Assembly: GCA_043814545.1 (NCBI GenBank)
Contig: JBDRJY010000007.1
Location: 6,819 to 70,818 of the forward strand
Direction: 5' to 3'
From: an archaeon
Lineage (GTDB): Archaea; Nanobdellota; Nanobdellia; SCGC-AAA011-G17; GW2011-AR17
DNA: 64,000 nucleotides
Part shown: positions 1 through 9,300 of the stretch, one piece after another
How positions within the stretch are numbered: position 1 is the first letter of the stretch
Layout of the letters: each line of letters begins with the position of its first letter
Notes under the pieces: generated by a model
What the model saw: only the letters and a program-made list of their open reading frames with translations
The model's database searches: none
Told to the model about the DNA's origin: nothing
Program-made: the position numbers and the translations under genes

Positions 1-965
1 AATTTAGTTAAACGTAAATAATTTGTTATAACATCTAACGTCAAAGCTGACATTATCGCTAAAATCAAACCTAAAAACAATAAAGCTTCATTAAGATTAA
101 TCAGCTTCAAAGCCATAAGAACTAAGTCAGATAAAACTAAAGCACTCATGAAATAAACTGTTTTAGTTTTCTTAAGCCAAAACCCTACAACAAACCCACC
201 CAAGCCAAACAATAAAGGTATCACACCTAAAGCAGTTACAATACCTAACGGCGTAGCTTCACCAAAATAATCTACCAAAAGTTCTAAAGGTACGTTCTGC
301 CAGACAGCTTGAAAACCATATTCTAAAAAAATATTTTTAAACATGATTATATTAATTAAAAGAATTAATAACACACAAAACAAAATAGCTTCATTTTTGA
401 TTTTCTCTAACTTAAAATTATCTAGGCTTAACAAAAGATAATAAAATATTAAAGATATTGGCAAAAGAAAACCCATTGGATTAATCAAAGGTAAAATAAA
501 AGATGCAATTATAAAATATGTTAAATAATTTTTAATTTCGAAAAAAGTGTAAAGCAAAAAGAAAAACACTAAAACAATCAAACAATAAACTGATGCTTGG
601 TTCAAAGTTTGTGTGATAAAAATTGGCGAAAACCCTGCAATGAACGCACTTAACAATGCAGCAGTGTTATTATGTGTGATACGCTTCGTTAACGAATAAA
701 CTACAAATACTAAAAATGCGGCTAACAATTCTGGAAAAAACTTTAACACCCATACTGCCGGCAAAATCATTGTAAACAACGCCATCAAATAATAAAATAA
801 GAATGGTGTTAAAATAAACCGTCCACCATAACTTAAATTATCATAAACCATTAAACCAATGTTATCATGAATATATTCAACATTCCTTAACTCAAAATAA
901 GCTTGATCAGAACTGAAAAACGGCGATTGTACAACAAAGAATAACCTAAAACATAATGCGAACAA
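1..965 (-). CDS. polytopic membrane protein, 5' part only (continues past window start; start codon uncertain, possibly TTG near 965)
   Basis: The reverse-complement frame is open from about 980 down to position 1. Its translation is strongly hydrophobic (..GFWLKKTKTVYFMSALVLSDLVLMALKLINLNEALLFLGLILAIMSAL..), consistent with many TM helices. It is missing from the ORF track because no stop falls inside the window. Confidence 0.35.
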   Translation of the reverse strand, partial: MFALCFRLFFVVQSPFFSSDQAYFELRNVEYIHDNIGLMVYDNLSYGGRFILTPFLFYYLMALFTMILPAVWVLKFFPELLAAFLVFVVYSLTKRITHNNTAALLSAFIAGFSPIFITQTLNQASVYCLIVLVFFFLLYTFFEIKNYLTYFIIASFILPLINPMGFLLPISLIFYYLLLSLDNFKLEKIKNEAILFCVLLILLINIIMFKNIFLEYGFQAVWQNVPLELLVDYFGEATPLGIVTALGVIPLLFGLGGFVVGFWLKKTKTVYFMSALVLSDLVLMALKLINLNEALLFLGLILAIMSALTLDVITNYLRLTK

Positions 966-984
966 AAAAATTATGATCAGGACC

Positions 985-1548
985 TTAATTTCCTTTCTCT
1001 TCAATAGATTCTTTATCATCTTCTAACTTTTCCTGCTTTTCAATTTTCCCAACATTGCCAACAACTTCTTCCATCTTAGACTGCAACCTATCATCAACAA
1101 CATCAAAATAATCATAAAATTTTGGTGCAAGTTTTAAAATTCGTGTACGGCCATGCTTTTCAGCAGTTATGAACTCATTTTCTCTTAGAGTTTTAATTTG
1201 ATCGTAAGCGCCGGAACCTCGGACTTTAATAATGTCGGCTTGTATAACTGGTTGCTTATACGCAATAATTGCTAATGTTTGTTGTGTTGGGCCGTCAAGC
1301 TCTGCACTATCTAACAATTTCGTTGTAAGATAAGTATATTCTTTTTTCAAACCTAACTTATACTTCCCGTTATCTTCATAAACCATTAAAGCTGAATCAG
1401 ATTCTTTATATTTTTCAATCAAAATCTTCAAAGAAGTTTTAATTATACCAATTGATCCAATTTCACATAATACAGCAACCTCTTCAACACTCATAAACCT
1501 GCCTGTGGTGAATAAGATAGCTTCAATCTTTTGTACAACGTCAGACAT
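985..1548 (-). CDS. scpB: segregation and condensation protein B (ScpB)-like
   Basis: N-terminal IEAILFTTGRFMSVEEV matches the ScpB signature (IEAxLF..G.P.s..eL). The 187-aa size fits a tandem winged-helix ScpB. Confidence 0.65.
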   Translation of the reverse strand: MSDVVQKIEAILFTTGRFMSVEEVAVLCEIGSIGIIKTSLKILIEKYKESDSALMVYEDNGKYKLGLKKEYTYLTTKLLDSAELDGPTQQTLAIIAYKQPVIQADIIKVRGSGAYDQIKTLRENEFITAEKHGRTRILKLAPKFYDYFDVVDDRLQSKMEEVVGNVGKIEKQEKLEDDKESIEEKGN

Positions 1549-1595
1549 ATGTAAGGATTAAAGAACTAACAGTTTTTAAAGTTTATGTTAGTATA

Positions 1596-1618
1596 GGTTT
1601 TTGCCTTCGGCTGAAGGG
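1596..1618 (+). promoter_or_regulatory. intergenic hairpin motif copy 1: GGTTTTTGCCTTCGGCTGAAGGG
   Basis: Lies 29 nt 3' of the stop of 1647..1898(-). It is followed (in minus-strand sense) by a TTTAAAAA box about 25 nt before the ATG of scpB. Confidence 0.55.
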
Positions 1619-1646
1619 TTTAAATCTACTGGTTAGTGGACAAAAA

Positions 1647-1898
1647 TTATTCAACAAATTCTCTAAAAATTTTATAACTTTTAAGTTTTACTGCATGTAA
1701 TAATTGTGATGGATATATTAGTGTATAAGTAACAAAACCTAAATTACCTTTAATCCCATTTTTTTGATATTCTTCTATATCACTCCCATAAGATTCTAAA
1801 TCTAAAGAGTCAATTGTATCACAATTATGGCTGCGATACGTTGTCAAAATTTTATGAGCCAATTTAAATCCATCAACAAATTTCTCTCGATTTGGCAT
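1647..1898 (-). CDS. hypothetical protein
   Basis: 83-aa ORF with its own upstream motif and TATA-like box. No recognisable motif. Confidence 0.35.
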   Translation of the reverse strand: MPNREKFVDGFKLAHKILTTYRSHNCDTIDSLDLESYGSDIEEYQKNGIKGNLGFVTYTLIYPSQLLHAVKLKSYKIFREFVE

Positions 1899-1969
1899 TA
1901 TAATTTATTATTGGAAAAGTTATCTTTAAAAATATTATGCATCTTATCCACAAATCAAATAATTAAAAA

Positions 1970-3460
1970 CTAATCAATAGGATATCTTAAGATAGCAGCA
2001 ATCCCACCTAATTGTTCTAACTGCTGACCTTCCATTGTATCAGTAGAAATAATTTTAACTTCGGTCCGAGAATTCTCTGCATCATCTTCCATTTTTTCAA
2101 TATAATCCTCATCTAAAGATTCAGATAATAATAAAGTTTCAACCGCAGCCATTTCCATAACTTTTTCAACTTGTTTTTTACCATAACTAACACGTTTATC
2201 ATCAGTTGACAACAATTTAAAAAATTTTTCCAAAATCTTTTTCTCTTCTATGATAGCCTCTTTGGACAAAATCTCCTGACTTTTGTTAACAAGCTCTTTC
2301 AATCCAAAATCGCCAGTATAACTTAAATCTTGTAAACCTAAGACTTTTAATTTAATTTGGTTATTCAAAAAATCGCCATTGTAAAAAGTTTCTTTGGTAG
2401 GCCCGGGACCGCCAATCAAAATACCTTTCAAAGTTTTCATCTCAAGAAACTCTTTTTGTACTGTCTCTGCTATACGCTTGTAAAAATCTTTAGCTGCACC
2501 TTCCCTGATACGAGCAAACCTTTGCGCACTGTTATGAACAATAAGACCTTCAGCAACAAAGTTTTTGTTAGCAACAGAGATGTCTATAAGATTAATCTTA
2601 ATTTGTTCATCAACTTCAATCTTTTTAATTTCTTTACCAGAACCATCACGGCCCAACAATAAATCACCAACTTGCAACTCTTCACTCGCTTTGGTCAAAC
2701 CGTCTAACAAGAAAAACAAATGATCTTTAGAAGCAGTAACAATTTCTTCAACATGAATTTTGTATATGTTTTCCGTAGGCTTAACCCATTTATCTAAAAC
2801 TTCGGAAGGTTTCAACGTTTTAGATTCAAAATCGTAACTTAAAACTTCATCACCAACTTCAACTTCTTCCAAAGAAAGAAACTGACCGTCAGCCATTGCA
2901 ATCTCAGTGTCAAATGCTAAACACTGCCCACCTGCCCTAGTTTTACCAGGCACACCCGAAGTCAAAGTTTGAAGTTCAACTATGTTCGTACCTTTCAACA
3001 AACCGATAGTAGCTTCACGCCTGTCAACCACAATCAAACCATACGTTTCTTTCACGTCAAGCATTTCACGTAAAATGTCTAACTGAAAAGTTTGGTCACA
3101 TCTATAGATTCGATTATTAATCGCTTCAGGCGGTTCTATGCTCCATACTTGTACATCTAGCTTACCTTCCTTGTCAGTAGCATTCCCTGCAAACGCTGCA
3201 AGACCATTGTCAGGAGTTTTCTTGAACAACCTTAAATGCCTAATCATCCGTTCAAGAGAATCAATAACATGTTTTTGTGTAGTTTTATCTTTAATATTAG
3301 TAGCAGTACCTTGCTCTTGCCCTAAATGATTAATAATTTTATTAATATCATAACCAGCAGGAATGTATACAGTAACTAGTTCTGTATGCCTACCACGAAT
3401 ATTTTCAAGTTTACGTACGAACTTTTTCAGTTTATGTTTCTGTTTAGGGTCAAGAACCAT
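1970..3460 (-). CDS. prf1: peptide chain release factor aRF1 (eRF1 family) carrying a mini-intein
   Basis: N-terminal domain has the TATNIKD (NIKS-like) motif. GGQ sits at residues 177-179, followed by a Cys-started insert that ends in HN. The host sequence then resumes as SAQRFARIRE, the conserved GGQ-S-xxRFxRxR context of eRF1/aRF1. Confidence 0.85.
   Translation of the reverse strand: MVLDPKQKHKLKKFVRKLENIRGRHTELVTVYIPAGYDINKIINHLGQEQGTATNIKDKTTQKHVIDSLERMIRHLRLFKKTPDNGLAAFAGNATDKEGKLDVQVWSIEPPEAINNRIYRCDQTFQLDILREMLDVKETYGLIVVDRREATIGLLKGTNIVELQTLTSGVPGKTRAGGQCLAFDTEIAMADGQFLSLEEVEVGDEVLSYDFESKTLKPSEVLDKWVKPTENIYKIHVEEIVTASKDHLFFLLDGLTKASEELQVGDLLLGRDGSGKEIKKIEVDEQIKINLIDISVANKNFVAEGLIVHNSAQRFARIREGAAKDFYKRIAETVQKEFLEMKTLKGILIGGPGPTKETFYNGDFLNNQIKLKVLGLQDLSYTGDFGLKELVNKSQEILSKEAIIEEKKILEKFFKLLSTDDKRVSYGKKQVEKVMEMAAVETLLLSESLDEDYIEKMEDDAENSRTEVKIISTDTMEGQQLEQLGGIAAILRYPID
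2531..2923 (-). other. mini-intein (131 aa, no homing-endonuclease domain) inserted between Q179 and S of the GGQS motif of aRF1
   Basis: Block A CLAFDTEIAMADG, with Cys1 encoded by TGT at 2921-2923. Block B IVTASKDHLFFLLDG (T..H). Block F/G NLIDISVANKNFVAEGLIVHN, with the terminal Asn encoded by AAC at 2531-2533. The +1 Ser is encoded at 2528-2530. Confidence 0.75.
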
Positions 3461-3694
3461 GGTTTTTCACATGAATAGGAGAATATTTAAGCTTTTTGAT
3501 AGTTAAAAAAATATAATACTGATGTCCGAAGTCTAAGCTTCAACAGAAAGGCGTCATGATCCGAAGACCACTCAACCGGATATCTATATCCACTTCAATT
3601 CTCCCACCAATACTGCAAATAGATCTATGACTTTTTCATATTTAAAATTTTCTATAAAGAAAAGTTTTTATATTGCATTACTAAATGTGTTATC

Positions 3695-4489
3695 ATGAAG
3701 AAACGTACAGTACGTTTGATTAGTATTGCAATCATTCTAATTCTCCTTTTAACATTCAGTTCAGCTCTTGTTTTGAAAATAGGTATCTTTTCAGTCTTAA
3801 ATTTTTTTGATGAAGAAGAAAAAATCTCACCTTACTCAGAATTAGTGCAAGACTTTGTTGAAGATTGTATAGAAAATACTGCTCTTGAAGGTATTACTTT
3901 CATAACAAAGGAAGGCAAAACTGTTGTCATTGATGATGAAAGTTTAGACAAAAAATCTAACCTTTCAATTAAAGAAGATTTAGAATTAGAAATTAGTAAC
4001 TATATTGACGAATATTTACCATTATGCACAAACGATTTTGTAAAATTCTTAAACATGGATGTGACAGCTAACGATGAACCGCACACTATTGTTACAATAA
4101 ATGAGAAAGAAGTTATAATTTTAACAAAATGGCCTACTCATGTTAAATACGGCAATAATCTTGATACAATTTCTGAATATGAAATAACATTAGACATGAA
4201 ACTAGGTTTTATCCACAACTTAATCACTGACATTTTCACAACTAAAGAAGAAGTTTGTTTTGAATGTTTACAAGCCGAAAGCGAAAAAGAAAATGTTTAT
4301 GCAAGCTTTTCTTTGTATAAAGAGGATGAGATTATTATTACTATCCTTGAAGAATCCGGTTTATTAGACAAACTACCTTTTACTTACATGTTCAGAATTA
4401 AACATAAGTTAAACGAAAAAGAACAAGAATATTTGGCTAACTATACATTGTTAAAAGATTTAGCACTTACACAAGACGCTCTTGCTTGA
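3695..4489 (+). CDS. hypothetical N-terminally anchored (signal/TM) protein
   Basis: N-terminus MKKRTVRLISIAIILILLLTF is a charged segment followed by a hydrophobic helix. The rest is acidic. Confidence 0.45.
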   Translation: MKKRTVRLISIAIILILLLTFSSALVLKIGIFSVLNFFDEEEKISPYSELVQDFVEDCIENTALEGITFITKEGKTVVIDDESLDKKSNLSIKEDLELEISNYIDEYLPLCTNDFVKFLNMDVTANDEPHTIVTINEKEVIILTKWPTHVKYGNNLDTISEYEITLDMKLGFIHNLITDIFTTKEEVCFECLQAESEKENVYASFSLYKEDEIIITILEESGLLDKLPFTYMFRIKHKLNEKEQEYLANYTLLKDLALTQDALA

Positions 4490-4880
4490 ATTCCCCGATT
4501 AATTCTTTGAATGCCAAACCTTTTTTCTTAGCAAAATCAAAAGTTAAAACAAAATGTTTACCTTTGGACTTAGGAACTTCCGCAAGCGGTACAAAAAACC
4601 AACCTTCATTATCAAATCTAACCGCAAGCCACGGTTCAGCGCCAAACGTTGTTGCAAACTCATTTAACTGGTTAAGCTCTTCTGCGTTAAAATATTTCTT
4701 TTTATCTTTGATAGCTTTACATTCTAAAGCTAAAGTTTTAGTACCGTTACTTGCTATAAGGTCTGGCGAGGGTTTTTGGGTTGAGCCACTGCCAGCAGAT
4801 CTTACAACTGCCCATTCTTGAGTGTCCCAAAGTAAATGAAACAATTCTCTTTCCGCCCTACTACCTTTCACTTTTGACAT
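4467..4880 (-). CDS. hjc: Holliday junction resolvase Hjc
   Basis: KGSRAERELFHLLWDTQEWAVVRSAGSG, followed by the PD-(D/E)xK nuclease motif PDLIA..LALECK. The 137-aa size and alignment fit archaeal Hjc. Confidence 0.75.
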   Translation of the reverse strand: MSKVKGSRAERELFHLLWDTQEWAVVRSAGSGSTQKPSPDLIASNGTKTLALECKAIKDKKKYFNAEELNQLNEFATTFGAEPWLAVRFDNEGWFFVPLAEVPKSKGKHFVLTFDFAKKKGLAFKELIGEFKQERLV

Positions 4881-5013
4881 ATTATTTTAGAAAGGCAAAA
4901 GAGTATATAAAATCTGTTGAATCATAAAAGAAAGTTCCTAAGATTTTCAAGAATTAAAACATTTTTACTTTGTTTTTCAAATACCATTTTATTCAAAATA
5001 AAAAATAAAAAAA

Positions 5014-5184
5014 TTAAAGGTCTCGTGCCTTTACTGTGCTTCTTTTATTTGCTTTAGCTCTTGCTGCTGCTTTTTGGATTAAACCAACTACTTCATCACT
5101 CAAAGCACTTGCAAAATCACTTGAAACGTTCATGCCATCAGCATGTTCTTTAATTTTGCTTCTTACTACAACTAAATCTGCCAT
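5014..5184 (-). CDS. small histone-fold-like DNA-binding protein (56 aa; not in ORF track)
   Basis: Translation is [56 protein letters not shown]. Its columns align with archaeal HMf-type histones (..[52 protein letters not shown]), but it ends right after the start of helix 3. A GGAGGT Shine-Dalgarno-like sequence lies 10 nt upstream of the ATG. Confidence 0.45.
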   Translation of the reverse strand: [56 protein letters not shown]

Positions 5185-5280
5185 TTTATCATTTACCTCC
5201 TTAAAATTGTTAGATAATATCTTTAATGAGTAAAAATACGGCAGTATTTAAATTTTTCGACAAATATAGAGTTTAAAGGC

Positions 5281-6330
5281 TTATTTCGTCCAAATTATCA
5301 AGAAATAAGCTTGTCCACCTATTTTAATCACTCGTTCTTCAACTTTCTTAAACTGCTTAGAATAATATAAAAGAAGTTCTTTCTTAGGCGAAACCATAAT
5401 AATCCTACCTTTTTTCTTCAAAATCATTTCAGCTTGTCTAAACAAATCTTCGTACAAATGTTTAACTTTCTTTTCAGGGTTAGAAGGCGACGGGAACGGC
5501 GGATTTGTCACAATACAATCAATTGACTCTTCCTTAAACTTAATATCTAACCAATCAATCGAAGTTTTACTCAAATTAATTTCTTTCCTAATACCAGCAA
5601 GCTTCATATTAATCTCAGTGTTACGTATATCAGAAAGCAAATTATCATAACCATATATATTAGATTTAACATCCCGAATTTTCTTATCTAAACCAGGGAA
5701 AGATAATATTTTTTCAAAATGTCCTCTCGGGACCTGTTTTGCATATTGTGCAGCTTCAATAACAATAACTCCATCTTTAACAAAAGGGTCAAGAAGAATT
5801 TTTTTCTTATCCCAGTTAGCCAACCTTACCATTGCATAAGCTAAACAAGCGTTAATAGATTGCCTGTGAAACCTAATCCGATAATCTCTTTTATGCAAAT
5901 CATCATATTTCAGGTAACCGATTATACAAACGTCATCCAAAAGTTCAACAAGCACAGTCGTTTTTGGTTTCTTCAAATTAACTTTAAAACCTTTTTTAAA
6001 AATTATCGCACCCACAGCTTCTTCAATCTCTCGCGTAGCAAAAGACAAATCTGTTTTACGAACACATCTGGCAACAAAAGGCTGTTCAAACTTAAAATCT
6101 AATTTCTCAACTTCTTCCTCAATTTGTTTTAAGGTTTGAAATTTGAACTTGTGAACAAACTCATACACTTTAATCATAGAACGAGACATGTAAACAAATT
6201 TATCTATATCCTTAGTCTCAAACATTACACGACCCTTTTTAATTTTTTTAGCATTAGAACCAAGAATTTCTTTAATCTCTTTAATTAAAACATCTTCAAT
6301 TCCAGGCAAAGTTACAGCTATATATTTCAT
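5281..6330 (-). CDS. THUMP-domain tRNA (guanine-N2)-methyltransferase (Trm14/TrmN-like)
   Basis: N-terminal THUMP-like region followed by a class I methyltransferase with the VTNPPFP (NPPF/Y) motif typical of N2-G and N6-A methyltransferases. Confidence 0.65.
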   Translation of the reverse strand: MKYIAVTLPGIEDVLIKEIKEILGSNAKKIKKGRVMFETKDIDKFVYMSRSMIKVYEFVHKFKFQTLKQIEEEVEKLDFKFEQPFVARCVRKTDLSFATREIEEAVGAIIFKKGFKVNLKKPKTTVLVELLDDVCIIGYLKYDDLHKRDYRIRFHRQSINACLAYAMVRLANWDKKKILLDPFVKDGVIVIEAAQYAKQVPRGHFEKILSFPGLDKKIRDVKSNIYGYDNLLSDIRNTEINMKLAGIRKEINLSKTSIDWLDIKFKEESIDCIVTNPPFPSPSNPEKKVKHLYEDLFRQAEMILKKKGRIIMVSPKKELLLYYSKQFKKVEERVIKIGGQAYFLIIWTK

Positions 6331-6366
6331 TCAATAATAGAGTATAACTACTACTTATAAAATTTG

Positions 6367-9300
6367 TCATAACTTTAAAATAATCCAGTCCAGAATAAAT
6401 CGAAACAACTTTACTACATAAAGTTTCAAATACCAAGGCTCTTTTTCTTGTTCTTCAACAATTTCTTCTTCTAATTCTTCACCTAAACTATCTTCTATTC
6501 CTTTTTCACTTTCATCAACCCCTAAAACTTCTTCTTCAGTTTCAGGTATTTCTTCTTGAGTAACAGGATAATTCACTGAACCTCCACCAGAAGAACTATC
6601 CGAACTTTGATCAGTGTTTGATAAGCCATTATCCAAATAAATTAAAACAGAAGTTGAATTAATATTGTTAAATGAATCATTAACAAAAACATATATAACA
6701 TGCGTTACAGTTGAACCGCTCGGGCTTGAAAATGTAAGACCAACCGTACCATTTCTAAACGTAACATTATTCCCACCATCTAAATTATACCAGTAACCTG
6801 AAACTTCATTATCATCAGTTGAATTCACATTTAAAGTTACATTAATAACATCACCAAAAGTAAAAGTCGTTTTTTGTAATGGAGAACTGATGTTTATGCT
6901 AGGTGGTACAGTTTCTGCCATTTGAATTTCAGATATGCCAATATCATAATAATCAAAATCTCCCGTACCAACATTAGGAATCCATAAGGCATCAACTCTA
7001 CTATTCCCTGCTTTATCATAAGAAACTGAAAAACTACTGTTTGCCGCATCTATTGCAGGTGAACTAATGTTAACAGTAAAATTTTTAATATTAGGCTGAA
7101 TAAACAAAGGATCACCATCAACAGCATTTGCACCAATGGTAGTCCCACTAACATTCGCAGTATTACCATACCAAAGATTATAATTTAATATTGTGTTAGC
7201 TGCTGAAGATCCATCAACAACTCCGATAGTGTTATTCGTAAAGATATTATTTTGAATTATAACATCGCTTGTAGTTGCACTACCACTTTCCAAATCAAGA
7301 CCATTAACATTGTTATAAAATACATTGTTAAAAACTTCCACAGTCCCTTCATCAAGATTAAATAACCTCATTGACTCAGCATTTTGGTAAAAAATATTGT
7401 TAAAAAACTGAATTTTTCCAGTTGTACTATCAGCAGTTTCATAAAAAATAATTCCTCCTGCATTACCATTGAAAGAATTCCCTTCAACCTTATTCACTCC
7501 ATCGCAAGCGTATAACCTTAAACCACGATTACTCGAAGAAGAACCTATCTCGTTAAAACTATTATTTTTTATTGTCAAATTTGTAACTGCCCATTCACTT
7601 AGTTCTATATGCCCCTCATTAATATTATCTGAACCATTAAAGAAATTATCTGAAATTGTTAAGTTTAACAAATTAAACCTTCGATTAGTATTATCAGATA
7701 AAAAATAAATGCTTTGCATATTATTAATAAACTTATTATTTCTTACAATACAATTATCAGAAGTTATTGTGTTATATATATCTCCACCTAAGTATAATGC
7801 AGAATGAGCATTGCTATCAGTACCGTTAAAGTTTCTAAATGTATTATTTTCTATAAAATATTGTGTACCATTTAAATCGTAAATAAGAATACCTTTTCCA
7901 TTAGTTGTTGAAAATCCTACACTGTTATCTATTGTAATATTATTATTGTAAATGTAAATTTTACCGCCTAAATTTGGACCCATATTTTGAGGCAAAATAC
8001 CTATCGCTGCAGAAGATGCACCAGCTCCCTGAAAATAATCTTCCAAACCATACCAAATATTATTTTCAATTATAATATAACCATCATCACCTAAATAATA
8101 ACTCAAAAATTTTAAATCTCCTGTATCAGTGTTACCGCCATGAAGTTCATGCTTAAACGTATTACCTTTAACAATATACTCTTGTATAGGATTACGGTCG
8201 TCAGTATTTCCGTGAGATTCCCAACCGTCCCAAATAGTAGAGTTAAAAACAAAACCGTAAATGTCTGCCGCATCAATCAACGAATGAGAATAAGCTTGAT
8301 TACCAGCAGCTTTTCCTGCCACCATGTTATAAAATATTAATCTTGTCGTTAGAATATGGGCAATATGTCCTCTATTATCAGAATAAAACTGTCTATGATT
8401 TCTAAAAATTATATCTCCATCCATATTATTTGTTTTTATTACACCATTAGCCACAACAGTACTACCAAACCTAAACTGTAAGAATTTTCCTTCACCACCA
8501 TCAATAACAACACCAGTCTTATCATCCAAGTCCATATAATATCTAGAAGTTTTAACTAACTCATAATCAACTGTACCGTTGGTAATATTAACATTTGTCC
8601 CAAAAGGATTTACATAAAGTATTTTTGTTGAATTATCAAAATAATAACTACCATCAGTATCATTAGCTTGCTGTACTGTATCATTCATTTTCGCTAAATA
8701 CCTGCAAGCATTTTGTAAAGACATGTTAGTAACATTACAACTTGCTAAAGTACGTGTATCATCTGCTGCCATCGTTCCAGTTGCTTGATAAATTTCACTA
8801 AAAGTTGCATTATGAATAAAACCAGTGTTAACAGCACCGTTAGTTGTCTTACCAAACAATTCTGAACCTGTTATAAGAACATCTGAATCTAAGGTACCAT
8901 CAGAAGCGTTTGCAGTAATAACAACCCAACCATCAGCAGCTAACTCATCATTAGTCATGGTACTCAGATTTAAGTAAGTAGAATTATCAATCCTAGTAAA
9001 CCCAGAACCGTTCGCACCAACAATCAAAGGTTCTTGATACCTTCCTTCGTCAATGTATAAAATATCTCCTGCACCAACTTCTCCAAAACCGTCACCCCAT
9101 TGAACAACACTTAAGTTAGGCCATGCACCGTCCCAAGAATGTGGGTTTGTCCCGTCGCCACTAGACGAAACAAAATAACTTGAAGAATCTGTTGAAACAT
9201 TAAACGTAATTGTATGGTTTAAGAACGGCGTATCTCTTTCATCTTCAGTATTAAAAGTTATGTTTAAACTTAAATTCGTTGTAGTTTCAGGAAAAGTAAA

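Noticed and set aside
3520-3600. Possible C/D-box sRNA or structured ncRNA in the aRF1 divergent intergenic region (ACTGATGT...CATGATCC...CCGAAG repeats)
   Set aside because: Box C (RUGAUGA) and box D (CUGA) are only approximated and not in the required C-D'-C'-D arrangement with terminal pairing. It may simply be promoter DNA for the two divergent genes.
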